This document shows positions 1 through 9,480 of a stretch of 20,000 bases of DNA, one piece after another. Both the position numbers and the translations under genes were made by a program. Below the pieces are notes generated by a model, which did not search any database, had not been told where the DNA came from, and saw nothing but the letters and a program-made list of their open reading frames with translations. Every line of letters begins with the position of its first letter. Within the stretch, counting starts at the first letter, position 1. This DNA is from an uncultured virus (IMG/VR IMGVR_UViG_2061766007_000502) (taxonomy: Duplodnaviria > Heunggongvirae > Uroviricota > Caudoviricetes), in the IMG/VR virus record IMGVR_UViG_2061766007_000502; one strand, given 5' to 3'.

Positions 1-2341
1 TGAGTTCATTGAGTAAAGCAATGCTTGAGTCTGTTACAGACTGGTTGGATGCAATTGAAGAAACAGAATCATCGATACGGCTTTCAATTTGACTGACCTG
101 TTCATTCAACTGACTTATGATAGCATTATCCGCTGCTTGTCGCTCTTCTGTTTCAGTGTTGATTGCTGAAGCGAGGTCTGCAACATTGTTAGCAATAGAA
201 CGATTTATCGCATTAACAGATACATCAATATGTTCATCAATTGTATTCTTGATGCCATTTATGTAGTTAAGAATAGAAGAGTCTTGTACTTCGCGTTTAT
301 GTGCTTCATTACCTATACTTGTTGTAAGAGCACTTACATTAGCATCAAGACTTCTTTGAAGAGCATTTGTAGAAAGATCAATATGCTCATCCAAATCCTA
401 TTTTATGTCATTTACATAATTGTAAAGAGATGTATCTTCTGCTCTGCGGTTTTCTGTTTCAGTGTTGATAGCAGAAGCGAGATCAGCAGTGTTAGTGAGA
501 ATGGTTCTGTTCAATTCAGTAACAGATTCATTGATACGGCTGTCTATTTCGTTCTTAATTGAAATCAGTTCATTGGTAATAGCATTATCATTAGTCTCAC
601 GGATTCTTGCTTCTTCTTGTATGCTACCGACAATGCTTACTATATCAGCATTATGCTGAGTCTGAATGGCATTAATGGAAGAATCAATATGATGCTCGGT
701 ATTGCTTCTCAAATCACTTATTTCAGTGTGAATAGAACTGTCAGCAATCTGTCTTTCTCTGACTTCAGTAGTAATGGCTGTAAGAATTTCTGCTGTATTA
801 TTGTCAAGTGCTGCATTAACAGTTGTCTCAACAGCATTTATCTGGCTTTCCAAGTCAGTTCTCAATTCTGCCATCTCAGTCATTATAGAAGCATCTTTGT
901 TCTGACGGGCCCTTGCCTCTGCAGTAATGTCTTCTATTAGTGATGTGATGTTTTCATTGATGTTTGAATTGATTTCAGCAATAGAAGAATCGATATGACT
1001 ATTGACTGAATTAATTGAGTTGTTGAGTTCAGTTATAACTAATTCATCACCACTCTGACGTGCATATGCTTCATTTTCAATAGCATTGTCAATAGCAACT
1101 ACTTCATTTTCAATAACAGAGTAAATCTCATTGACAGAAGAGTTTATGTGTTCTTCAATCTCACTCTTGACATCATCTATCTTAGCAAGAATTGTCGCAT
1201 CGCTGTTTTGATAGTCACTGATGACTTCTGTGATTCTGTCATTGACTGTTGATATTGTTGAATCTACTGTTGCCTGTAATGTTGTGACTGATTCATCTAC
1301 ATAATCCTGTACTTCAGTTTTTGTATCAATTAATTTAGAAAGAATTGTTGCGTCATTTTCCTGATAACCGGCTATGACATTGTTAATAGAAGAGTTGATT
1401 GCAGAAACAACATCAGCAATTGAAGTTTCAACAGCATTTATGGAAGAATCGATGTGTGCGTCAATAGAATCTTTAATGCTATTTAATTCTGTACGAATTG
1501 AGTTGTCGCTTTCCTGATAGTCAGTGATTGCATCATTGATTGAGGAATTGATTGAATCAACAGCAGAATTGATAGTAGAGTTGATTTCAGCAATAGAAGA
1601 ATCGATATGACTATTAATCTCTGCCTTATTTGTGTTTATCAGAGTAATGATGGTTTCTTCTGAAGTCTGACGTGAAATCACTTCATATTCGATTGCCTGA
1701 TTGACTTCGGAAATGCTTGTATCAACAGATGCACGCAATGCATTCAATGAATCATCAACCTGATTCTGGATATCTGCTCTGATATCATTCATTTCAGAAA
1801 CAAGAGATGAATCATATGCATTGAAACGTGAGTCCATATTATCAGTGAACTCGGCAAAAGCATTTTCATTTTGTGTGACAAATACATCGAACTGGTTGGT
1901 AATGTCCGTTTTGAACTCAGAAAGACTTGAGTTCACGATATTAGTCACTTCATTGATTGTCTGCTGATTCAGTGTCTGTGTATCATTGATAATCTAAGTC
2001 TGGAGTGTCTCTGCCAACTCTCTTATGCTCTAATCCTATGCATTTATGAGATTGCTAAGATAATCGACTAAATCATCAATCTGTTTGGCATTCTTGAATA
2101 TCTCATTGTAACCGCCAGCCTGTATGGGACCGGCACCAATAAGTGTTGAAATTCCATCATCGGCAGTAGCGTCTTTATAATAAACCACTACGAGTTCACC
2201 GGGATGTAAAATCTTATTTTCCAATTCAGCAACTGCTGTCTCATAGTCTGCGAATGGAATCTTGTTATGAACATGTATAACAGGTGGCAATTCGGTGTGG
2301 ATGTGATTGACACTACCTGCTCCGTATTTCTTATCAGTCAT
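1..2341 (-). CDS. Long coiled-coil protein with 51-aa repeats, putative tail fibre/virion fibre (3' end beyond window; >780 aa with TAG read as sense)
   Basis: ATG at 2341 (MTDKKYGAGS...). Track ORFs 2036..2353 and 398..1948 are in one frame, separated only by TAGs at 2036, 2030 and 1994. After the TAG at 398 the frame stays open to the window edge and the repeat pattern continues (…NDIK*DLDEHIDLSTNAL…). An N-terminal globular segment (LHPGELVVVYYKD) is followed by acidic Ser/Ile/Asn-rich helical repeats. The fibre function is inference. Confidence 0.85.
80..1762 (-). repeat. Eleven tandem degenerate 51-aa (153-nt) repeats, consensus about HIDSSI..I...I......I...I..E...RQ..D..I...L..IK..I..
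   Basis: Units begin QVDDSL, HIDSSI, HIDSSI, YVDESV, HINSSV, HIDSSI, QINAVE, HIDSSI, RINESV, HIDLST and HIDVSV at exact 51-aa spacing. A 12th unit (RIDDSV) starts at 79. A 35-nt exact DNA repeat lies at 969-1003 and 1581-1615 (offset 612 = 4 x 153). Confidence 0.9.
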
Positions 2342-2361
2342 CTTAAATTGCAATTAAAGAG

Positions 2362-2379
2362 ATTTATATTGTATTTATC
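2362..2379 (-). promoter_or_regulatory. Putative late promoter GATAAATA (extended GATAAATACAATATAAAT)
   Basis: The core lies 30 nt upstream of the ATG at 2341. The same 18-mer occurs at 5822-5839 on the + strand. It resembles the T4 late promoter TATAAATA. Confidence 0.7.
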
Positions 2380-2427
2380 TAAACATCAAAAATATCCATA
2401 GAAACAAAGAACAACCGACAAATGCAG

Positions 2428-3006
2428 TCATTTCTTATTGGTTGCATTGCCGGTCTCTTTTGCTTTCTTAGTACTTATCTTATTGTGCTCAATAATTTCT
2501 CTCATAAGCACAGCAGACTAATCAATGTCTTCGTAAAGTTCTATCTGATGAATGATTATCTAGTCATATGCCTGCTTCTCAAAAATTGCTTGCTGTTTAT
2601 ATCTTTCAAGTTCATTTACTATCATAACATCAGATGGATTGTTTTTCTTAATGTAATCTTGAAAAGCATTTATCATGGCAATTGTAACATTGTGTTGTGC
2701 TTCTACCTGTCTTTCGATTGTCCTGAATGATATAACGACATTTTGTATGTCATATGTATATCTGTCAGCAATTATAACAGCACTGTATTTCTCAGCAAGG
2801 TCGTTAACCTCTGACTGTAATGCTTGTAAATCATAAGACATGACCATTCTGGTATAACAGAAATAGATACCACCGACAATGAGAGTAGTGATGAGAGAAT
2901 TCCTAAGCCATTTTGGTATCCCGAACCAAGTTTCTTTAAGGAAAGTAGTGATTTTTTTCAGTGTCTCATTGTCAAGTTTAACTTCTATGGTCTTTATATC
3001 AAACAT
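2428..3006 (-). CDS. Hypothetical single-pass membrane protein with C-terminal helical/coiled-coil domain (192 aa, 2 in-frame TAG)
   Basis: Track ORF 2560..3006 continues through TAGs at 2560 and 2518 to TGA at 2428-2430 (…AYD*IIIHQIELYEDID*SAVLMREIIEHNKISTKKAKETGNATNKK). Hydrophobic segment SLITTLIVGGIYFCY. Confidence 0.8.
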
Positions 3007-3031
3007 TTGTAAGACAAACTTTTAGTTTGAG

Positions 3032-3039
3032 TATTTATC
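3032..3039 (-). promoter_or_regulatory. Putative late promoter GATAAATA
   Basis: TTTAGATAAATAC on the minus strand, 25 nt upstream of the ATG at 3006. Same flanks as the copy at 2372-2379. Confidence 0.65.
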
Positions 3040-3105
3040 TAAAAACATATTCTCAATATAGATGTTTTTTGTTTGGTATTAACATAGTTTTTATGCAATT
3101 GTTTT

Positions 3106-3113
3106 AATAAATA
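3106..3113 (+). promoter_or_regulatory. Possible variant late promoter AATAAATA
   Basis: One mismatch to GATAAATA and 29 nt upstream of the ATG at 3143, the same spacing as the other copies. The AT-rich context makes a chance match possible. Confidence 0.4.
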
Positions 3114-3142
3114 ATTCATAAAATGCATATTGAATTTTAGTT

Positions 3143-4363
3143 ATGCCGGCAACTTAGAAAGACTTGGAAAATATAAAATTCTTTGCTGATGAAAGCATCG
3201 TCACAGAAGAAGCATATGGACTGAATATAGATTAGAACACAGGTGATTGGATGTAGGGTGAGTTTCAGAATGCAAATGAGTATTTGAAGAAATTTGCAGC
3301 ATTTGAGCAGAGTGTATAGATGTTCAGCCAGATTGCTTATAGCGGTGATACCACAGTGATGAATACGGGAACACAGATGACTGCGACTGTCAGAAGCAAA
3401 TATTTCAGTAGAACCGGACAGATAGAAACCGGACAATATGAATGTCCGGTATGCCATAAGAAAGTTGATTAGTTACTGAAGAATGGTTACTGCAGTACAT
3501 CATGCGCATCAAAGGCACATCTGACTATTGCAAAAGCGAAACTGACTTCATCCGCATATCATACTCTGGATATAATAAAGCAAGTCGAAAGTAAGATGAA
3601 TATGCTTGACATGCTGCTGAATCTTGTCACAGAACTTCCGGAACTGATAAGGGGTAAAGCGAAATTGCCATAGCAATACAGAGATTATATAACTTTGAGA
3701 ATAGATTCTATATACATAGAATTGAAAAGGCTTGTCAATGCAGTTATGATAATGAAGAACGAGGCTCTTATAGAACTCATGAAAAAACTGAAGTTCGGTG
3801 TTGTTGATGATGTCATGATGGGAATCCTTGCACCGCTTCAGCCGATTATGCAGGCTGTTATAGCACTACAACAGGCATTGAATGTCGCTATGGCAGCAAT
3901 AGTCGCGCTTCTTAACGTTCCTATGACCGGACTGAAACCTTAGAGTTACGGTTGGCTTATGACTGCAAAGTCAATGCAACAGGCTCTGACTGCGGGAAAA
4001 CTGATAATAGAGATAGTACCGAAAGTGAACATGGCTTTGCCGATGCAGAATATGATGAACAATATGAACTACACTGCGATAGAGCAGATAGTGAGAAAAG
4101 CATTACCGCCTATTACGGAACTTGAGTATTTTCTCGAACCGACTGCATTTAAAGTCAGGTGGGCGTTAAGCAATAACAATGCACCGTTAGTCAAGAAAAT
4201 GTTCCAGATTCTCGAAGGATTGCTTGTAATGGGAGCAGATACATTTCCGAGATACAATCGCCTGAAATTGTCAAATGTGTGGTTTGTTCTGTCTATTCTG
4301 ACAGGCTGGGGACTGCAAAGCAGGGGTGTCTATGGAGACTTTATTTTCCACGGACCAATTTAA
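3143..4363 (+). CDS. Hypothetical protein with CxxC-x12-CxxxC zinc-binding motif and hydrophobic helical C-terminal half (406 aa, 7 in-frame TAG)
   Basis: ATG 3143 (MPAT*KDLENIKFF...) to TAA 4361-4363 in a single frame, with TAGs at 3155, 3233, 3254, 3317, 3470, 3671 and 3941. It includes track ORFs 3695..3943 and 3959..4363. Motif CPVCHKKVD*LLKNGYCSTSC at 3443-3505. Confidence 0.85.
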
Positions 4364-4398
4364 AATCAGTCAATTAAGAGAACAATTGCATTTTCTTC

Positions 4399-4413
4399 AG
4401 TATAATTTTTAGA
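4399..4413 (+). promoter_or_regulatory. Putative early/middle promoter element AGTATAATTTTTAGA
   Basis: Contains TATAAT and is 14/15 identical to 19860-19874. Both copies are intergenic and upstream of + strand genes that do not look structural. Confidence 0.55.
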
Positions 4414-4481
4414 AAAATAGGCCAGAGTGTGCGATGTTTTATCACAAAGCACACATAGAGTGCCGATAATATATTTAAGGT

Positions 4482-5756
4482 ATGGCAAACATTAATACAA
4501 AAAACCTGCTGGTAATAGACTGGTCAAATATTATGTTCCGCAGTCTGTTTATGCACAAGTTGTTCAACAGCAATGCCGGTAGTTATGAACGTATAGAAGA
4601 TTTGCAGTCATTCACTTTCAAATTCGCAATGGATGTCTGTTCTATCATCAATATGTTCAAGCCGAACAGAGTGATTATTGCAACGGACAGTAATCATGCA
4701 TGGAGAAAGGATGTTGATTCGAATTACAAGTCAGGTAGAGAGAAAGATCCGCAAGTCAATTGGGACAATATCTACAAATGCTCTGATGACTTACAGGAAA
4801 TCTTGAGAAAGAACGGAGTGGACATAGCAAATGTGGAGAGAGCAGAGGCTGATGACATAATTGCTATGATTAAGGAAGTTGTGTTCGAGAAGTATCCTGA
4901 GTACAATGTTATCATCATCAGTGCTGATGCTGATATCAGACAGTTGATAGAGTTCAACAAAGAAACCACACAATACTGTATCGTGTATAACACGACAGGA
5001 AGGGGGAAGAACAGTAACCGAAGGATGTATGTCACGCAGGACTTCAAGGACTGGATAGATTCTCCTGATGAATGTGATATATTCTTTGAGAGTTTTGATC
5101 AGCCGAAGAACTATGTCAAGGATTTGCTTCATATGAACTCGATTATAGAGTTGTATGTCGATAATCCTAATGATGTGGTGCTTGGGAAGATTCTGTGTGG
5201 TGATGATGGTGACAGTGTTCCTGCATTCTACGGTTACTATAAGAATGGACGCTATGTGAGAATCACTCCGACAAAATCTGCCAAGATTCTTGATATGACG
5301 AATTCGAGGACTGTGAAGCAGTTATGTGAGAATGTTAACAGATTTCCTGAAGTATTTGAGAAAGTATGTAAGAAGACTATAGATGATATAGATTTTCAAG
5401 AAAGACTTGACAGGCAGAGGACGTTAGTCGAACTGAACAGTAAATTGTTCCCTAAGCATATCAGAGAATATAAAGAGACTATCGACTATATGCTAAGAAA
5501 TGGAGTTTGTAAGACATTCCAGAACTTCAAGGCTGTTGATTTGCTGAAAGGCACGGACTATGAAGGTGCAGACAAGAAAAAAGCACTTGTTGCAGATGTA
5601 TTCAGTGACATACAGAAAAGAACGGGTAACAAGAAAAATCAATCTGAAGAGAAAGTTACGGATAATCTGTTTAATGTGTTCAACCAGACAGGAAAGAATA
5701 TGCTAAACAATAAAAAGAATCCTGATACCGTTTTTTCTATTGATGCACTTTTTTGA
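4482..5756 (+). CDS. rnh: T4-type RNase H / 5'-3' exonuclease (FEN/PIN family), 424 aa
   Basis: Family motifs in order: LLVIDWSNIMFR, IATDS…WRK…YKSGR, AEADDIIA, IISADADIRQL and KILCGDDGDSVP. Ends at TGA and contains no in-frame TAG. Confidence 0.9.
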   Translation: MANINTKNLLVIDWSNIMFRSLFMHKLFNSNAGSYERIEDLQSFTFKFAMDVCSIINMFKPNRVIIATDSNHAWRKDVDSNYKSGREKDPQVNWDNIYKCSDDLQEILRKNGVDIANVERAEADDIIAMIKEVVFEKYPEYNVIIISADADIRQLIEFNKETTQYCIVYNTTGRGKNSNRRMYVTQDFKDWIDSPDECDIFFESFDQPKNYVKDLLHMNSIIELYVDNPNDVVLGKILCGDDGDSVPAFYGYYKNGRYVRITPTKSAKILDMTNSRTVKQLCENVNRFPEVFEKVCKKTIDDIDFQERLDRQRTLVELNSKLFPKHIREYKETIDYMLRNGVCKTFQNFKAVDLLKGTDYEGADKKKALVADVFSDIQKRTGNKKNQSEEKVTDNLFNVFNQTGKNMLNNKKNPDTVFSIDALF

Positions 5757-5779
5757 ATGAGTTTTTATATTGAAAACAG

Positions 5780-5821
5780 AGCCATAATTGCATTATTTGA
5801 TGCAGTTATGGCTTTTTCTTT
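5780..5821 (+). terminator. Rho-independent terminator after rnh
   Basis: AGCCATAATTGCATT-attt-GATGCAGTTATGGCT forms a stem of about 15 bp with two G-U pairs (which pair only on the + strand), followed by TTTTCTTT. Confidence 0.8.
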
Positions 5822-5839
5822 GATAAATACAATATAAAT
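5822..5839 (+). promoter_or_regulatory. Putative late promoter GATAAATACAATATAAAT
   Basis: Starts immediately after the terminator T-tract. The core is 35 nt upstream of the ATG at 5865. Exact 18-nt match to 2362-2379 (minus strand). Confidence 0.7.
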
Positions 5840-5864
5840 TTTTGACAGTCTGTTGCTTTAAGAA

Positions 5865-8800
5865 ATGAATGAAGAATTTCAACTCACTATATGCAATGTA
5901 AATATGCTGGTTAAGAAATTCCTGAAGGAATCACCGGTATTATACAAGCGTTTCAATGGAAGATATGAAGTGGAGAGTGTATCTCTGCTTGATGAGTCAG
6001 TGAAATATTATTATTGTCCTACATATAATGAGATTTGGTAGCAGAAACTGTCAGTGACATTGATAAACACAGAGAACGGGACAAAATAGACATGTAAATT
6101 CAACGGCAAAATTGATTAGTTCCCTATACTTATTGTCAAAGACAACAGCGGACTTGGTGGAGTTCCTTATTACTCAAGGGAAAATGGAAGGAGTCTTGTT
6201 GTCCTTGAGGATATCGAATATAAGTTTGTTCCTGTTAATGTTATTGTTAAACTGAGAGATTTTCAAGGTGCTGTTGTTGCCATAGAAAGACTTGAGACAT
6301 TCGGCGACCCGGAAATAACTGGCAATACTTATGTGTATACAACAAAAACCGTATGTGTAAGCGGTCAGTATCATATATGGATAAAGATTATTGTTCAGGA
6401 TGCTGAAATTTACGAGAAATATAGTTATACAGTCAATTATATGGACCCTGATGCATTGAACTATGTCAGCCGGACTTATAATGTGACAACAAGTCCAATT
6501 GACATAAAGGTTCCTTATGTAGTTGATGATATTACAATTACTGTAGAAGCAACAGAATTACCGAAGACTTATCTGAGTCTTCGTACTTTCGGTAATATCA
6601 GCATTGCAGATTTTAATAATTTCGACAGTAGATTCAATATTGACAATGATGTAAAGTATGTAACTGAAGATATTGGTTATGATGTTAATGAATATGGTCC
6701 ATTATATGTTGTATATGATACCAGTGTTTATGATAAATTGATATGTACTTTCTATCAGAACGGAGAATTGGCAACAGATAACATGATAATGTTTTCATGT
6801 AGTAGTGACAATAGTAACCCAATGACAATGGTATAGGTATGGAAGATGACTGAAACTGGTCCAGCACTAAGTTATGTTCCTACTCAGGCAGTGGGTTCCG
6901 CATCTGCTACATGGGAAGAATTCGGAGATAGAGTTGTAAGTTATATTAATCCTAATGATGGAGATGTCTTCTTATCTGGCACTAATGACTATGATATCTA
7001 TATATATCATGCTGATACTAAGACATGGGTTGGTAAAAATATAAATCTCGGTGATGCTTTATTATATAAGAAATATGCATATATAAAAGTATCAGAAATT
7101 ACTATTTATGAAGATGATCATGGAACAGTATGGACACATGACAGATGGAGAGTAGAAGATAAAATGTCGTTCTTATATCTGATAAGTTCTGTACCGGGCA
7201 GTGACCAGAAAAAATTACCAGCAGGATATCTGCTATATTATCTCGGAGTATAGAATTTGTCTTCTATTGCTCATAATTTGTTAAGACTGCAAGTTCTGTA
7301 GAACAATCATAAACCGACTGTTACTGTGAACATATACAACTATATTGGCGTTGATATTATTATATATGATGATGAGCATCCTTTTCCGGATGGAAAACGT
7401 ACTACATTGTTTACTACTGAACCGAACAAAGATTACTCATTCAGCAGTCTTAAACAGTCAGCAGAATATAAATTAAATGATATTTGTGGATATATTAATA
7501 TAGAACTGCATAATATGCCTCAATAGACTGATATTATCAAAAATTGGTTCTATAAGAAGAATAATATAATGTATGGTTATTTTGAATTGACTGATACAGG
7601 AATATGTACGATAGACGAATTAAGAATAACCACTGACACTACAATAGACATATTTGTCAATAAAATCGTGGGTATCGATATGTTGATGAACACTAATGAC
7701 ACCAATCTTGAGTTGCGTGATGTTATTAAGACAACGTCTTTATATCCGTTAGGTGATTTAGTTGAATGGAATGAGACATATACAACAAAAGTCATTGATG
7801 GTAGTATAGACAGATGGAAATTCCGAATTTGGAAGAAAGAATCTCCTTTTACAAGAATTGCTCCACAAATTCAGATTTTCAAGAATTCTAAGCCGTTAGA
7901 GCGAGTCTGGCCTGAAGTATATCCGACTTACTACGATTTCAATGATGAAGGGTATGTGGATGTTCCTGCATTGGAAACCTACATCAATGAAGACAGAGAA
8001 GTTATCGCAATCACAGATTCTTCTAACATTGATGCTTCTGTCACTGGTGATAATATAGAAATCTTACCATCTATCAAGTCATATGTGATGACGTTCACAG
8101 GACTTTATAAGTTCAGACGCAAGAAAGTCATATTCACTTTGTCATGGAAAAATGATGACGGTTTCTATCCAGAAGATGATGACGGTTTCTATCCAGAACA
8201 TTATAATGAAGATAATAATAATATAATAAAACTCAGTGACTTTGAAATAAGTGCAGACGGTATGACACCGGTTGTATTGCCTAATGAAGAATATCCCGAC
8301 TATAACAGTTGGCCTATATCTAAAATAGACACTACATATTCAAAGAAAATGAGATGGGAGTTTGACCTTCCTACATATCAGTACTACATTACTATCAATA
8401 TAGTTTTTCCGAATAAGAATATACCAGAAGAAGACGAGTATGTAGATTATGACGAACCTACTTATGATAATTATTCATATTATTGTATGTAGAATGGTGT
8501 AAAATATGACTACAAGTCATATTATAATGACGAAGAATCTACTGATATTGAACCGATATCTATAGATAATTCAGCATTAATGGATACAGACTCAAAGACC
8601 ATAACTGTTAAGATTCCTATTACAAGATTCCGTGATTCAGTAAATGATGACGATATAATAGAGATAAATGCAACAAGAGGAACTGTTCAGTTATATGATG
8701 TCACACTTTATCCGGATTAGAATACACATTCAAATGTATTAATTGTCAGAAATGTGGATGTAGATGATGAGAGTTTTAAAAAAGATAAGATAAATCCAGA

Positions 8801-9449
8801 GTCAACAGATAGCGATGTCACGATAAGAACATTAATGAAACATCCGAAGTCATTGAAGATAGAACTGACATCAAAAGATTTGTCAAAATGTCCTACTGGA
8901 CATCTTGTGTATAGTTTGGGCAATAATATTGTTCTTGATGCAATCGTAGCATATCCGTATATGTTATATGTTAATGAAAGCAATTACAAGACATATTTCT
9001 CAAATGATACTGCAAGACTGAGAGTAACCAGTATTGTGCGTTCATACTATATGGAATTCAGTATGCCTGATGATGGACATGATGTAATTGTCAAGAATCC
9101 AACATACGAACGAGACGAATTACTTAATAATCATGCATTTCCACGGAAGAATGGATATTTTTATAGTATGTATCAAACACCGGAAACTACACACAATAGC
9201 ATTGAGATATATGTTGATGTACCACCTGAGAATGCTGATACTTGCATTAATGCAGAGATATATTGTGCTAATAATGTTGATGATTTGTACGACTACCCTG
9301 TATTATATACAAAAGCAAAGTATTACATGAGAGAAAAATATATTGAATGGGTGGTCGGTGATGTTCTTGCTGGTGGTGAGCAATATCATACTACAATACC
9401 ATTTGAAGATGCTGTATGGAGAATTCATTTCTTCACAACAGATGAATAA
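5865..9449 (+). CDS. Large acidic beta-rich putative virion (fibre/appendage) protein, 1194 aa, 9 in-frame TAG
   Basis: ATG 5865 (MNEEFQLTICNV...) to TAA 9447-9449. The five track ORFs at 6333, 6846, 7326, 7569 and 8754 share the frame. TAGs are at 6039, 6087, 6117, 6834, 7251, 7299, 7524, 8490 and 8718. The protein is rich in Tyr/Asp/Ile/Thr and its N-terminal module is paralogous to the next gene. The function is inference. Confidence 0.85.
8152..8198 (+). repeat. In-frame 24-nt tandem duplication (N/D-DDGFYPE x2)
   Basis: ATGATGACGGTTTCTATCCAGAA is identical at 8152-8174 and 8176-8198. Confidence 0.95.
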
Positions 9450-9480
9450 TCATTAAATTAAAAATTTTTGAAAAACGTTT

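Noticed and set aside
230..940. Plus-strand ORFs 230..562, 462..659 and 617..940
   Set aside because: Antisense shadows of the coiled-coil gene with implausible composition.
3016..3069. Short inverted repeats (CAAACT/AGTTTG; AAAAACAT/ATGTTTTT) in the divergent intergenic region
   Set aside because: Short, AT-rich and weak. A terminator is not expected between divergent starts, and the evidence is insufficient for a call.
2422..3457. ORFs 2422..2730 (+) and 3137..3457 (-)
   Set aside because: Each lies antisense to a better-supported recoded gene (2428..3006 and 3143..4363).
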